Shown here one piece after another: positions 12,886 to 25,568 of a stretch of 64,000 nt of DNA. The DNA comes from Octopus bimaculoides (lineage: Eukaryota), in the NCBI RefSeq assembly GCF_001194135.2, contig NC_068992.1:1896547-1960546 (forward strand), in the 5' to 3' direction. The stretch's first letter is position 1. Each line of letters opens with the position of its first letter. The notes under the pieces were generated by a model that worked only from the letters and a program-made list of their open reading frames with translations, was not told the origin of the DNA and searched no databases. The position numbers were made by a program, and so were the translations under genes.

Positions 12886-13688
12886 GTATGTGCGTGTGTG
12901 TGTGTGTGTGTATGTGCGTGCCTGCGTGTGTATGCGCGCGTACGTGCGTGTGTGTGTGCGAGCGTGTATGTGTTTGTAGGAAGGGGGTTTAATTCTGGAA
13001 TTGAATTTGCCCGTTGAATGCCAGGATGCGAATTAAATTCATTGAAATATATTGGAATTCGGTGTGTGAACGAGCAGATAAGCGAAACATTTAACATCGA
13101 CAAGTTATCTGAAGTTAGAAATGCAAGATTTATGTAAATGCCTCGTAACCTTACTGACATATATTTTCTGCAGTGCAAAGTTATTGTCACGTGCTCTCAT
13201 AGACAAAATGAGATGCTTCAGTCAGGAGTGAGAGAAACTTGAAAGAACATAAATACTGCGATGAATATTTGATAGTAATTAATGGTTTTATGTGTAAAAT
13301 TAGCACATTTATACATTCACCTACATATACACCCACATGTGATATGCATAATCGATGTGTATATATTTATATATGTACGCATGTGTTTATGTTTGTGTAT
13401 GTATATATGTGTTTATGTTTGTGTGTGTATATATGCTTGTGGTTATGTATGTGTGTATGTATGTGTGTATGTATGTACATATGTATGTATGCATGTATGC
13501 ATGTATGTATGTACATATGAATCTATGTATGTGTGTATGTGAATATATTGTGTGCTCATGTCCTGATATAACTGCATGTTGGGATGTATGTGTATGTGAA
13601 TCTATCTATATCTTTATGGAATGTATGTGTGTAAGCGCGTGTCTGTGTATAAGTGTGTCTGTGTGTCTGTGTGTATGTGTGTGTGTAT

Positions 13689-13720
<32 letters not shown>

Positions 13721-14772
13721 TTGTGTGTGTGTGTGCGTGTGTGTAATATATGTATTACTTAAACTTGAATTTTTCAAAACTGTTCATGTTCTTTTGTGAA
13801 TATTGACGAGAGTATAAACCGAAAACGTCTTCCGGCCATTCACACGAGAGATTTGGAAATAAGACCCACCGGCTAAGGAAACTCTCCTCGGAACTAACCT
13901 TCCTTTACTTGAAGCTGTAACCTATGCTACCTTTACACTTGTTCTGCTAGAAATAGCAGTCCTATTCTGCTTCAAATTCATATTCCATGTTCTTGAAATG
14001 TATAGTCTATGGAATGCTGTTCAGTTCATGGAATGATTTAGGAAGGCGTTGTTAGTTGAAGTTCCAGGATTTCATTAAGTAGAAAGCTCATAAATATTTG
14101 CTCACTCGGAGATGAGCTGGCGCGAAACTAGGGCACAACAATCAGTTCAGTAAGCCCAAAGTCCTCATTTGTAATCAGACCTAGCGATGCGGAGAAGAGC
14201 TGATGTTTTCAATGCCTTGTACAGTGTAAATACGGCTATAGATGCACTTGTCAATAAACGAGAAATTTAGGCAGTTGTAAACGGGATGCACTCACCATCT
14301 CTTTACAACGTCAATTCGTGACACAAAAGGTAAATAATGGCTGCTTCTAATATAACAATCTGTCTTTTAATACGACTCTGCTAGAAAGGATAGTTACATA
14401 GGTAACCCGTAACCGTGCAGAGAACAAGATATCATCGCGATCAGGTTGTTCTGGATTCAGTACAACGACTCAGGCGTTTCTCTTCTAAGATTTAACCAAC
14501 ATAAGGATACAATAATTTACAAAGACGAAATTCACCCAAGAGAATGCCTGAAGTGAGAAATAACCGAATATGTTACAAAGGCAGAAGACAAAATCAAAAC
14601 GTAATTTAAATATATAGTTCCGAAGTAAAAGAAAAGAGGATTTGACACAAGAGAAATTAGTTCCAGTTAGGCAAAAGAGAAGCTGAAATATTTCAGCTTC
14701 AAAGTAAACTTACAATGTTTGATTTTACATGACTATTCCTAATATCTAGCTACAAACAATAATAACAATTCT

Positions 14773-14945
14773 TTCTATTATAGGTACAAGGCCTGAAATT
14801 TATGGCGAGGGGGTTGGTCGATTTTGTCGACCCCAGTACTAGACTTGTACTTATGTTATCGACCACGATTAACTGAAAGGTTAAGTCGGATTCGGCAGAA
14901 ACTAAAGGGAGAGAAATGCCGCGAAGTATTTTGTCCAGCGATTCT
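14773..14945 (-). mobile_element. SINE family A
   Basis: reverse-complement tail and body similarity. Confidence 0.7.
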
Positions 14946-15074
14946 CCCGTTTAAACTGACCCTTAATTTAAAAGCGTATAAAACAAATACTTGCTACAAA
15001 TTGTGATTTGTGTATGATCTGTATCCAAGAATGAAACAGCTGTTGCTGCTGTTGCCACTCATTATTACTGCGGT

Positions 15075-15250
15075 CGTCGTCGTGGTGGCTGTGGTGGTAG
15101 TTTGGTGGTGGTGAGGACGCAGGTGATTGTAGTAATGGTGGCCGTGGTGTCAGTGGTGGTGGTGGTGCCAGTGGTGGTCGTCGTGGTGTCAGTGGTGGTG
15201 GTACCTGTGGTAGTGGTACCAGTGGTGGTGGTGGTGCTGGTGCTGGTTAT
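15075..15250. repeat. degenerate (GGT)n low-complexity tract
   Basis: direct reading. Confidence 0.85.
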
Positions 15251-15961
15251 AATGATAATATTGATGAATATGATTCTATGACGACAACGGTGACATCGAC
15301 GACGTCCACCATTTCAAGAACGTGGAAATCAGGTTTAGCTAACAAAACAAAACAAAACTTCCAGCAGCGCATATCAATTATTGATATTGCAAGTTCCAAT
15401 GAGGAAAATATTCCTGAAAAACACGAAGACAGATTGAAGATAGAAACATTAAGATGAAAGGAGAAAATGATGTGATTAAATATTTGTTTAATGGGATTGG
15501 TTCTGGAGGCGAAGAAATGGTTATATCTATTAGATGGAACCAAAGAAAGCAACAGAGGAACTATGAGAGCAGATGTAGGCAACTATGGTGTGAGTAAAGT
15601 GAAACAATATTCGGTAATTAAATGTAATTAATTAACACAACTGGAACGGCAATCTACGATTTCGCCCGATTATGAACAACTTATAATAAATATATCAAAT
15701 ACTTCAGTCCTTAGAATACATAATGCGGTGAAGTGGTGGAATAATCTAGAATTATTCGTTATTGCTATTTTTACATTATGGTCTCTGAATGAGGTAAAAG
15801 CAAAATCACTTCGGGGTGGGGTGGAATTGAAAGGATTTTAAGCTAAAACCCGAAAGTATTCGTGCGTACTTTAGTAATTCTTCTGTCCATCAGTCAAAAG
15901 AAATATTAAATATTTCAATTTAGTTGACAAGACATGGACATAGTTTTGAATGACGGCAAAA

Positions 15962-16104
15962 ATACGGCGACGGGGATCTTTCAGTTTCTATCTACCAAAT
16001 CCACTCAGCCCGGGGTTTGCTCAGCCCGGGGTTGTATCAGAATGTGTCACGTTGTGGGACTGAACCCAGAGCCATGCGGTTAGGAAGCGGACCTCTTACC
16101 ACAC
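15962..16104 (-). mobile_element. SINE family D, 5' half
   Basis: tctttcagtttctatctaccaaatccactc...gggactgaacccag; internal ~15-bp tandem duplication. Confidence 0.7.
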
Positions 16105-16601
16105 TTTCATTTTTGCTTCTAAATTGTATAAATAGCATGTAATAGTTGTAATATCGCAGCAGAGTGAAAATTGCAAGTAAAATTATTGCATTGGACATTT
16201 AGAATTTAAGAGAGATATACGGTACAAGGCATTAAGAACTTTAATCGAGGGTGAATAAGTGCAAATTAGTTTGGCAGAGTGGAAATGGAGAGAAGGAAAG
16301 TCTGCGCCCTCCCCTCAAACTAGAAGAACACTCACTAAAGTGTAGTGGTAGAAAGGTGGAAGCGGTAAATTAGTCTTGATACACGTGTTAGCTTCATAAA
16401 AACGTCACATTAATTTGTATACAATATGTGTGTGTGTGTGTGTGTGTGTGCGTGTGTGTTTCTGTGTGTGCGTGCGTGTGTGTGTGTGTGTGTGTGTGTG
16501 CGTGCGTATGCTTGCGTTTGTGTGTGTGTGAGTGCATGTCTATACGAGGAAGAAGTTAGTAACGAATATAAAGCATCGTTAGAGAAATTAAACAGATATA
16601 T

Positions 16602-16640
<39 letters not shown>

Positions 16641-16816
16641 GATGAAAGGAGAGAGAAAGAGATCTAATTTGAAGGATGAGAATGAAATAGTTGTGTATTA
16701 CTTTTCGAGTGCAATTTCACAGAAACAGAAAATAGCCAGACAGACGGAAAAAAAGATCTGATTGAAATAACCGGACGAAAAACGAGAGTGAATATGAGAA
16801 AAATGCACCTGAAATA

Positions 16817-16990
16817 TACTTTTCTACTCTAGGCACAAGGCCCGAAATTTTGGGGGAGAGATCAACTTCAGTACGCAACTGGTACTTAATTTATCGACCC
16901 CGAAAGGATGCAAAGTAAAGTCAACCTTGACGGAATTTGAATTCAGAACGCAGAGATGTACAAAATGCCGACATGCTAACGATTCTGACA
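16817..16990 (-). mobile_element. SINE family A
   Basis: ttttctactctaggcacaaggcccgaaattttggg...aatttatcgaccccgaaagg. Confidence 0.85.
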
Positions 16991-17030
16991 GAAATATCCG
17001 AAATGTTAATGGCAATATTACTAAACATTA

Positions 17031-17240
17031 AGGCGGTGAGCTGGCAGAATCAGAATTATGCCGGACAAATTACTTACCTGCATTTCATCCGACTTTACAT
17101 TCAAATTCTGCCGAGGCCGACTGTGTCTTTCATTCTTTCGGGGTCGATAAATTAAGTACCAGTTGAACATTGGGTTTAATATAATCGACTAACCCTTTCT
17201 TCCGAAATCACTGGTCTCCTGCCATAAATAGAAAACACTA
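17031..17240 (+). mobile_element. SINE family A, head-to-head with the previous copy
   Basis: aaggcggtgagctggcagaatc...ggggtcgataaattaagtaccagttg. Confidence 0.85.
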
Positions 17241-17676
17241 TTAGTACACATTTTCAAGAGAGACAAATGGTTCATTCATTTGGTGGAATGATCTTCGAAA
17301 GCAAAGACATTTGAATAATGTTTGCAAAAGTTCAATAAAAATAAATATTAACCTCAAACAATTCAATCTAATTTGTTGTTTTTAATGTTGTTTTTTTTAT
17401 CGTATTTTACTCGATTTTCATATTGTATTGTTCATCATCAACAATGGGTTTTATTCTCGTAGAGATTCCATAAAATCTAAAATGCCATAACGCCTGCACG
17501 ATAATCAGGTACATGAATACGGGAGTAACATTTTGTAAACTTTTTCACCTTCAATTAATATATTTTAAACGAACTTTCGTATTCGTTTACCATCTACTTC
17601 ACTGTTTTGAATATATGTGCTTACACGTGTACACATAGCTGTTTACATGCATACTTACATACATGCAAACACGCGC

Positions 17677-17718
<42 letters not shown>

Positions 17719-17853
17719 GCGTGTGCATCATGGTTTTCCTCTGGTGACCTAGGAAGACTATATCTGATCATTACGTATATGTTCTCGAGTTTGATGGACA
17801 TATAGCGCTACATAAGCCCACTCAAGAAATCTCTACTGAGACGGGTTTTTTTA

Positions 17854-17897
17854 TGTATCTGAAGAGACCCAGGACGAGTCGAAACATGTGTTGTACG
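17854..17897 (+). ncRNA. type-I hammerhead ribozyme motif (Penelope-like terminal repeat)
   Basis: UGUAU-CUGAAGA-GAC(ccaggacga)GUC-GAAAC-augu-GUU-GUACG; helices I, II and III can be drawn; AATAAA follows at 17899. Confidence 0.65.
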
Positions 17898-18638
17898 CAA
17901 TAAATTCTATTACTCATTCCATCTCCTATTTTATTAATACTGTTACCCCAACAGCCACGACGAAGTTCCCGCAATAATTGAAACTGTGCCAGTGCTTTAC
18001 TCATCATCTACTTATACATTTTGTGTAATTTCTGCCTTATATGACTGGATTTCGGTTGACTGGTTTGTTTACATTCTGTAAGAAAATAACGATGGTAGGT
18101 TGCGTGCCGTCGATTATTCTTTCACCCTCTTGGATGATGTGTGTGTTTTGCTAATAATAGTATTGGTGATGGCAATAATGCGACCCTGATGAGATGGAGT
18201 ATCCAGAAATTTGTAATATGTTGTAATTTGTTACAATATTTTACGAGACATCTGATGATGTGGTTTATTTTTCCGGGATACCGTATTGAAATGTGCATAG
18301 GTTTGGCTTATTGTGGTTGTTTCTGTTATTATAATTGTTGCTGCAATAAAGTATCTTCAATGCATTGATTTTGAGCTCTATCCTTTAAGAGACATGTATA
18401 CATATNNNNNNNNNNNNNNNNNNNNNATATATATATATATATATATAAGGCAGAAATTCCACGATACAAATGCAAATAACAGGACATAACAACAGGTGCC
18501 TTTCGAACCTGTTGTTATGTCCTGTTTCTATTCGTATTTGTATTTGTGTAACCTTCTCTTTTTTTTCCTTGTTTTCTTTGTTTCGTCTCTCTGGATGTTT
18601 TGCGTCCTTGTCCCATTTTGTATTGATATATATATATA

Positions 18639-18694
<56 letters not shown>

Positions 18695-19251
18695 CATATA
18701 TAAACATATATTTATATATAGAAGCTCATAAATAGAGAACATTGCAGTATGAGCTTCAGCCGGCAACGAAATGAGGAATTACAAACAACATGGGACCATT
18801 TAGACCACTAACACCCCCCCCCCATACAACAACAACAACAACAGCAGCCATGACCAGTACCACACCAGCACGCGTTTATTCGCCATTCCAAATTATAGCT
18901 TCAATATGTTCGTCTCTATTTTAACGTTTCGTACCAACCACCTTCAATATATTTGCGATGTTGTTTTCGTTGTAGATTTGCCAGATGCGTTCCGGGGCAT
19001 ATTTTTGGTTTTCTAATTTGCACTCATAAATATAAGGTACAATGCTGAATGTTTACTTCTGTTCATTTTTTGGTTTAATTTTAGTAATTTATATATACGC
19101 GTGTGTTTGTGTGTGTGTGTGTGGCGAGTTAGCATATGCACCAATTAGCGCTTACATCGTTGGTAGACTTAAGAAAAACTCGTTGCCGCCGGTTGACACG
19201 ATACAGTGATACACCCTTATATAGGATAGTGTGTGTATGCATATCTATCTA

Positions 19252-19328
<77 letters not shown>

Positions 19329-20409
19329 CAGTGTGTATATGTGCGTAGACATATTGGAGAGAGAGAGAGTGTGTTTGAGTGCGGTAGAGACAAACGATAT
19401 ACTCCAAATATTAACGAAATATCATGAAATGCATTTCATGGAAATATTGTTGTTGTTGCTGCTGTTGCTCTCGTTGTTGCGGTTGTTGTTGCTATTGACT
19501 ATTTCCAGGCATAATTAGTGTCGCCATTTTTCTTCTATAAAAATATTGAGTTTACTCACTCACTCTCTCCCCTTCCCATCCCTCGCACGCTCTCTTTCTC
19601 ACTATTTTTTTTTTCTTTTACATCTATTCCCAATAGTCTCTAAATGGAATAGTTTGACGTGGCTGGCACCATACAACAACAGAAATGTCTTGTACTGATC
19701 TGTCTTCAAGTTGGTTTCAAGCCTCCAGCGGAATCCTTACTCTTGCACCACTAATCATCTTACAGTCTGTCGCAATATTTCGATATCTCGTCTTCTATAT
19801 CTATAAATATCTCGTTGCCTTGATTTCACTGGTTTATTAAGAATTACTTTAAAATGTACAGTTTATTATAAAATATATTTTTGGAAAGGAAGAACGACTG
19901 TCTTCCGCTAAAACTAGCTTCGCTTAACGTATATCTCAGAAATCGTTACTAATCTTACTATCGGTATTAGACTTACTGCTTCCCTCGTAGTTTGATTATA
20001 ATAATGATGATTACGATGAGAAGAAGAAGAAGAAGAAGAAGAAGAAGAAGAAGAAGAAGAAGAAGAAGAAGAAGAAGAAGAAGAAGAAGAAGAAGNNNNN
20101 NNNNNNNNNNNNNNNNNNNNNNNNNNNNNNNNNNNNNNNNNNNNNNNNNNNNNNNNNNNNNNNNNNNNNNNNNNNNNNNNNNNNNNNNNNNNNNNNNNNN
20201 NNNNNNNNNNNNNNNNNNNNNNNNNNNNNNNNNNNNNNNNNNNNNNNNNNNNNNNNNNNNNNNNNNNNNNNNNNNNNNNNNNNNNNNNNNNNNNNNNNNN
20301 NNNNNNNNNNNNNNNNNNNNNNNNNNNNNNNNNNNNNNNNNNNNNNNNNNNNNNNNNNNNNNNNNNNNNNNNNNNNNNNNNNNNNNNNNNNNNNNNNNNN
20401 NNNNNNNNN

Positions 20410-20463
<54 letters not shown>

Positions 20464-20598
20464 CTACCAACCAAGTGTGGTGTCGTATACAGGACAGTGC
20501 TACTGACATTTATAGCCCCATGAAGACATCTCTTCCAGCTGTGTCCGATTAGTATTTGCGAGGGGAGGTCATAGCTCCCATCCTTAGCCTTACGTGAC

Positions 20599-20645
20599 AC
20601 ACACGGATTCGAGTTTCTGCGTGGTTATCCGTCCTCAGCGTGTGT
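20599..20645 (-). ncRNA. type-I hammerhead-like motif
   Basis: ACACACG-CUGAGGA-cggauaaccacgca-GAAAC-UCGA-AUC-CGUGUGU; 7-bp helix I, imperfect helix II. Confidence 0.55.
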
Positions 20646-21094
20646 TAATTACCAGGTCGTGATGAAAACTCTCCCTACTCGCAAAATACTATATGTTTTT
20701 TTCCAGCTACGGTTCGTCGCTTGTCTCGAAAAAGAAGAAATAAGCTATATTAAATATTTGGTCGAGATGGAAACAGCAGCAATACGGAATCGTAACATAT
20801 CATTGCGCCAGCCAAGTGTGGCGCCCTATATGTTACGATTCCGTACAGCTACTGTTTACATGTCGCTCAGAGATTCAATATAGAGTATATATTTGTATAT
20901 AAACCTGCTCGAACCCAGATTCGATTCCCAATAGTAATCCAATACGGTGACGTATAATGTAGAGCTCTATGCTATTGAAATCCAGGAGATCCAATCGATG
21001 AAATAATTTCGTGGGATATGAGAGATAAATATATGTTATGAATGTATTCACATCTCATAACTCTTGAGTGTGTATTAAGAAAAAAAAACAACAA

Positions 21095-21245
21095 CGCGAG
21101 GACGTGGTGCATGATAAGTATTAGCAGACGCTCAGGGAAAGAAAGAAAAGTGGTTTTACGTTTCGAGCAAAACTTTTCGTTAGAAACAGGAGACGGAGGA
21201 AAATCCTAGAGAAAAGGGAAGACGGAGGAAAAGAATCGCCAGAGA
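21095..21245 (-). mobile_element. Penelope-like terminal repeat fragment with decayed hammerhead (21153-21187)
   Basis: minus strand GUUU-CUAACGA-A-AAGU(uuu)GCUC-GAAAC-GUA-AAAC. Confidence 0.5.
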
Positions 21246-21276
21246 TAGATAGATTGATAAATAGATAGATAGATAT

Positions 21277-21310
<34 letters not shown>

Positions 21311-21788
21311 TGATAAATAGATAGATAGATAGATAGATAGATAAATCCTGCAGTAAATATTTAGCGTAAAGCTGTAAAAGAGTTTTAGGTATATTATAGG
21401 AATAGCTTATGGTGTAGGTGGAGTGAGGAAAGTTGGTGAGAAATTTACATGTTTCGCCGTTAGGGAAATTATTGGTTTGAAATGTTACGCATAAATATAT
21501 ATATACGTGTTACACATAGATACATACATGCATACATATATACACATTCACACACACACACATATATATATACACACATACATACATGCATACCTTATAT
21601 ACACATGTACAAAAGTTAGATTTGCGGGAGGACACGGATTCATAGAGTAAGTGAGCAAAAAAAGAGAACATTGAGAGAGGGAAAAAAAATATGAGTAACA
21701 AGAATAGATTATATGCCCTCCACACACACACACACACGCAAACATAACACACACACATACATACATACACATATACATATTATCATAC

Positions 21789-21831
<43 letters not shown>

Positions 21832-21862
21832 TATATATGTATGTGTGTATGTTTATATATAC

Positions 21863-21895
<33 letters not shown>

Positions 21896-21955
21896 ATTAG
21901 ATAAATAACCTTCGAGCAGATAGTCAGCAGCGCCGCCTGGCTAAGGCTTGGCTAC

Positions 21956-22002
21956 TCTGCATTGACAAGGGGCAACACCCTGAAACTAGTCTAGTCTGCA
22001 GA
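21956..22002 (+). ncRNA. decayed type-I hammerhead motif with 5-nt duplication
   Basis: UCUGCA-UUGACAA-GGGG(caaca)CCCU-GAAAC-UAGUC-UAGUC-UGCAGA. Confidence 0.55.
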
Positions 22003-24000
22003 TGCCAAACCAGCAGGGGGACACTGCTGACCTCCCCTGTTCGAAGGTTATAAAGGACACAGGTTTCGTGTGTCACATAGCTAGCTAGAGGCGATGGCTT
22101 CTTGGAGCTAATTCACGGCAGCTTTCGTCCTAATTTTGGGACTGCCATGTTGGCTTGGCGATAACTATTAATTTCCAGTACCGCTGCCGTAGTCTCCTTT
22201 AGAGAGACTTAGAAATATTAATAACTCTATTTCTGAAAACCAGTGGATAGATTCCACTGAAATTNNNNNNNNNNNNNNNNNNNNNNNNNNNNNNNNNNNN
22301 NNNNNNNNNNNNNNNNNNNNNNNNNNNNNNNNNNNNNNNNNNNNNNNNNNNNNNNNNNNNNNNNNNNNNNNNNNNNNNNNNNNNNNNNNNNNNNNNNNNN
22401 NNNNNNNNNNNNNNNNNNNNNNNNNNNNNNNNNNNNNNNNNNNNNNNNNNNNNNNNNNNNNNNNNNNNNNNNNNNNNNNNNNNNNNNNNNNNNNNNNNNN
22501 NNNNNNNNNNNNNNNNNNNNNNNNNNNNNNNNNNNNNNNNNNNNNNNNNNNNNNNNNNNNNNNNNNNNNNNNNNNNNNNNNNNNNNNNNNNNNNNNNNNN
22601 NNNNNNNNNNNNNNNNNNNNNNNNNNNNNNNNNNNNNNNNNNNNNNNNNNNNNNNNNNNNNNNNNNNNNNNNNNNNNNNNNNNNNNNNNNNNNNNNNNNN
22701 NNNNNNNNNNNNNNNNNNNNNNNNNNNNNNNNNNNNNNNNNNTATATATATATATATATATGTATGTGTGTATTTATATATATATGTATGTGTGTATATA
22801 TATATATGTGTGTGTATGTATGTATGTATGTTTAATGAAACTATCAATAAATGCGAACATATAGCTGTATTACGATGAAGAATCTTACATATTAGTCTGT
22901 GGTTGTAAGGCCTCTCATCATCGAGAATTTCTAGAATGTTTGACTCAGAAAATAGAGACATGGAGAGAAGTTGAGCTGCACTTTATTTCGAGACAAGAGG
23001 AATGAAGAAAGATTACGGGAATTTAGAATTACAATTATCTCGACAGAATGTTGACTGATATATTAAGAACATAACGATGAGAAGATAAAATTGTTAGATA
23101 CAATTGAAACAACATTTTTTTATAAGGACATACCTATTTTCCATAACAACTTTAACAGTTCTAAGGTCTAAAATATAACACTGACGTACTTTTGTCTGGA
23201 TAACCTTTACGAGTTGTTGAAAAGCTGATGCGTTTCTTAACATAAAGCAAGACAGAGCTTCTATAGCAAATAGTCAAAAGTTTTCGGGAAATTCAAGTAC
23301 ATATGGATCTTGAAATCAATTCAAAGTCATGGCCTGGATCAATCTTTGGTCGAAACATATCTAAGTATTATCTAAGTATTATCTAGAAAAATGTAATACA
23401 AGGAATTAGGGGAATATGTCCACTTCATTCGGTGACTCTCAGACTGCCAAATCGCAGGTCCACCAAAGATATTAGTGGAATGTTTGCCTTCCTGTTCCTC
23501 TTCATTATTACTGTAAAGGGCAAATAGTAGTTAGTGCTATACATTGGGATAGCCATATTTAACAGTTGAAACCTTGTAATTATTATTTTTACATCAATAC
23601 GCTGTAGAACAAGGTTTGGATATTTGAAACTACCTGAATTCGGTTCAGTACGGCAAATGTAAGCCTAATTTTCAAACTTCACTAGCATCACCACCCACGA
23701 AATATATACGTCTGTGTTAGTGTGCGGGAATATCTATATATGCATACATACACATGCATACATACACACACGGATACGTACACATACATACACTCACGCA
23801 CACACATATATGTATGTATGTGTGTCATTAGTCAATTTTATTTCAAGATTTCTTGCTAGTAGACAAAGACCCAGACCCTATCTTCGATAGAAACTGACTG
23901 AAACCGCGCTTGCGCGGTGAATTTGAAACATTGTAATATATAATGATGAGACACGTGTTATTCTTTCTCGAAATTATATGTTAATATTTTGGCGTAGCCA

Positions 24001-24060
24001 CTGATGAGAACTTCGCCTAGCAAATTATTTTATTTGCTAATTAAAGTTCGAAACCTAGGA
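24001..24060 (+). ncRNA. hammerhead-like core with extended helix II
   Basis: CUGAUGA-GAACUU..UAGCAAAU(uauuuu)AUUUGCUA..AAGUUC-GAAAC-CUAG-GA; U16.1 and the 3' strand of helix I are absent. Confidence 0.5.
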
Positions 24061-25025
24061 AAACATGTAAAAGAACAAGGTCAAAATTTTTATTTCCTTC
24101 CAAATTCCTCTTAAATATGGTTTTGGACATTTTGACTGATCCATCTTGCATGTAAGGCCGTCTGTTAAGAGTCACCCCTTTTGTGTTTAAATATACACGC
24201 ATTTGTTAGGGAAATTATGTTGTCTATTGCCTTTTTTATACTTGCTAGGCCACTAGTAGTGAAATTTCTGATATTCTCCTATCCTATATTATTTTATATA
24301 TATATATATGCACATACTTTAAGCAACGCTCTTCATTTAGTCAATTAACTGTGCTCTCTTTCAAAAGAGTTACATTCCTTTGTCAAAAGCATTTTATAAT
24401 TTTTAGACAACGCCTTCGTACGCTAAAACCTTTATCAATGTACGGTATTAAAAGCTAAATACTTCATAACAAGGTTCTTCCGTCTTTGTCTCACTCTTGT
24501 TCGTTCCATCTCTGATACTTTATATCTAATAAAATCATATTTGAAACACGCCAGCCATTAGAAAAAAAATACATTGAATATAACAGACGTTCAAATGTAT
24601 TTCGCTAGAGGCATTTAATTGGTATTTTGAAGTGGGTTTTTTTTATATGAAATACATGCATGTATATATNNNNNNNNNNNNNNNNNNNNNNNNNNNNNNN
24701 NNNNNNNNNNNNNNNNNNNNNNNNNNNNNNNNNNNNNNNNNNNNNNNNNNNNNNNNNNNNNNNNNNNNNNNNNNNNNNNNNNNNNNNNNNNNNNNNNNNN
24801 NNNNNNNNNNNNNNNNNNNNNNNNNNNNNNNNNNNNNNNNNNNNNNNNNNNNNNNNNNNNNNNNNNNNNNNNNNNNNNNNNNNNNNNNNNNNNNNNNNNN
24901 NNNNNNNNNNNNNNNNNNNNNNNNNNNNNNNNNNNNNNNNNNNNNNNNNNNNNNNNNNNNNNNNNNNNNNNNNNNNNNNNNNNNNNNNNNNNNNNNNNNN
25001 NNNNNNNNNNNNNNNNNNNNNNNNN

Positions 25026-25059
<34 letters not shown>

Positions 25060-25503
25060 GTATGTATGTATTTACGTTTATGTCTTTGTTTTGTAAGATT
25101 CATGATATGAAGCCGTTGTTTTGATAGAGATATTGTTATATTTCAAGATGATCTATATATATATTTTTTTTTTGCGAAATAAACACACGTACTATCTATT
25201 CGTTCTTCACTCGTTTATTTTTTGTTCTTGTTTTATATATGTCCATTGTCGAGATTTCGTCGCACATCTGTGACCACTTCAGCGAACTTGTCCATCCACG
25301 TATCCACTGTGTGTGTGTAGTGGAAGTCACCTACAAATGTAAACACACTTAAGGAAAAGACACTTCACCAATGAGTTTTGAGACAGTTTTGCAGTTAGAA
25401 GTACAGTCGTAAGATCCAGCCTTGCCACTAATGTTACAGAAGACAGACAAACAGACAGACAGACAGACATACATACATACAGACAGACAGACAGATAGAT
25501 AGC

Positions 25504-25568
<65 letters not shown>

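Noticed and set aside
13795-13845. UUGACGA..GAAAACGUC inside a tgtgaat/attcaca stem
   Set aside because: No helix II and an altered core; compatible with chance.
14105-14135. GAUGA-GC..GC-GAAAC-UAG hammerhead-like
   Set aside because: C3/U4 and NUH are missing, helix II is 2 bp, and helix I is unconvincing.
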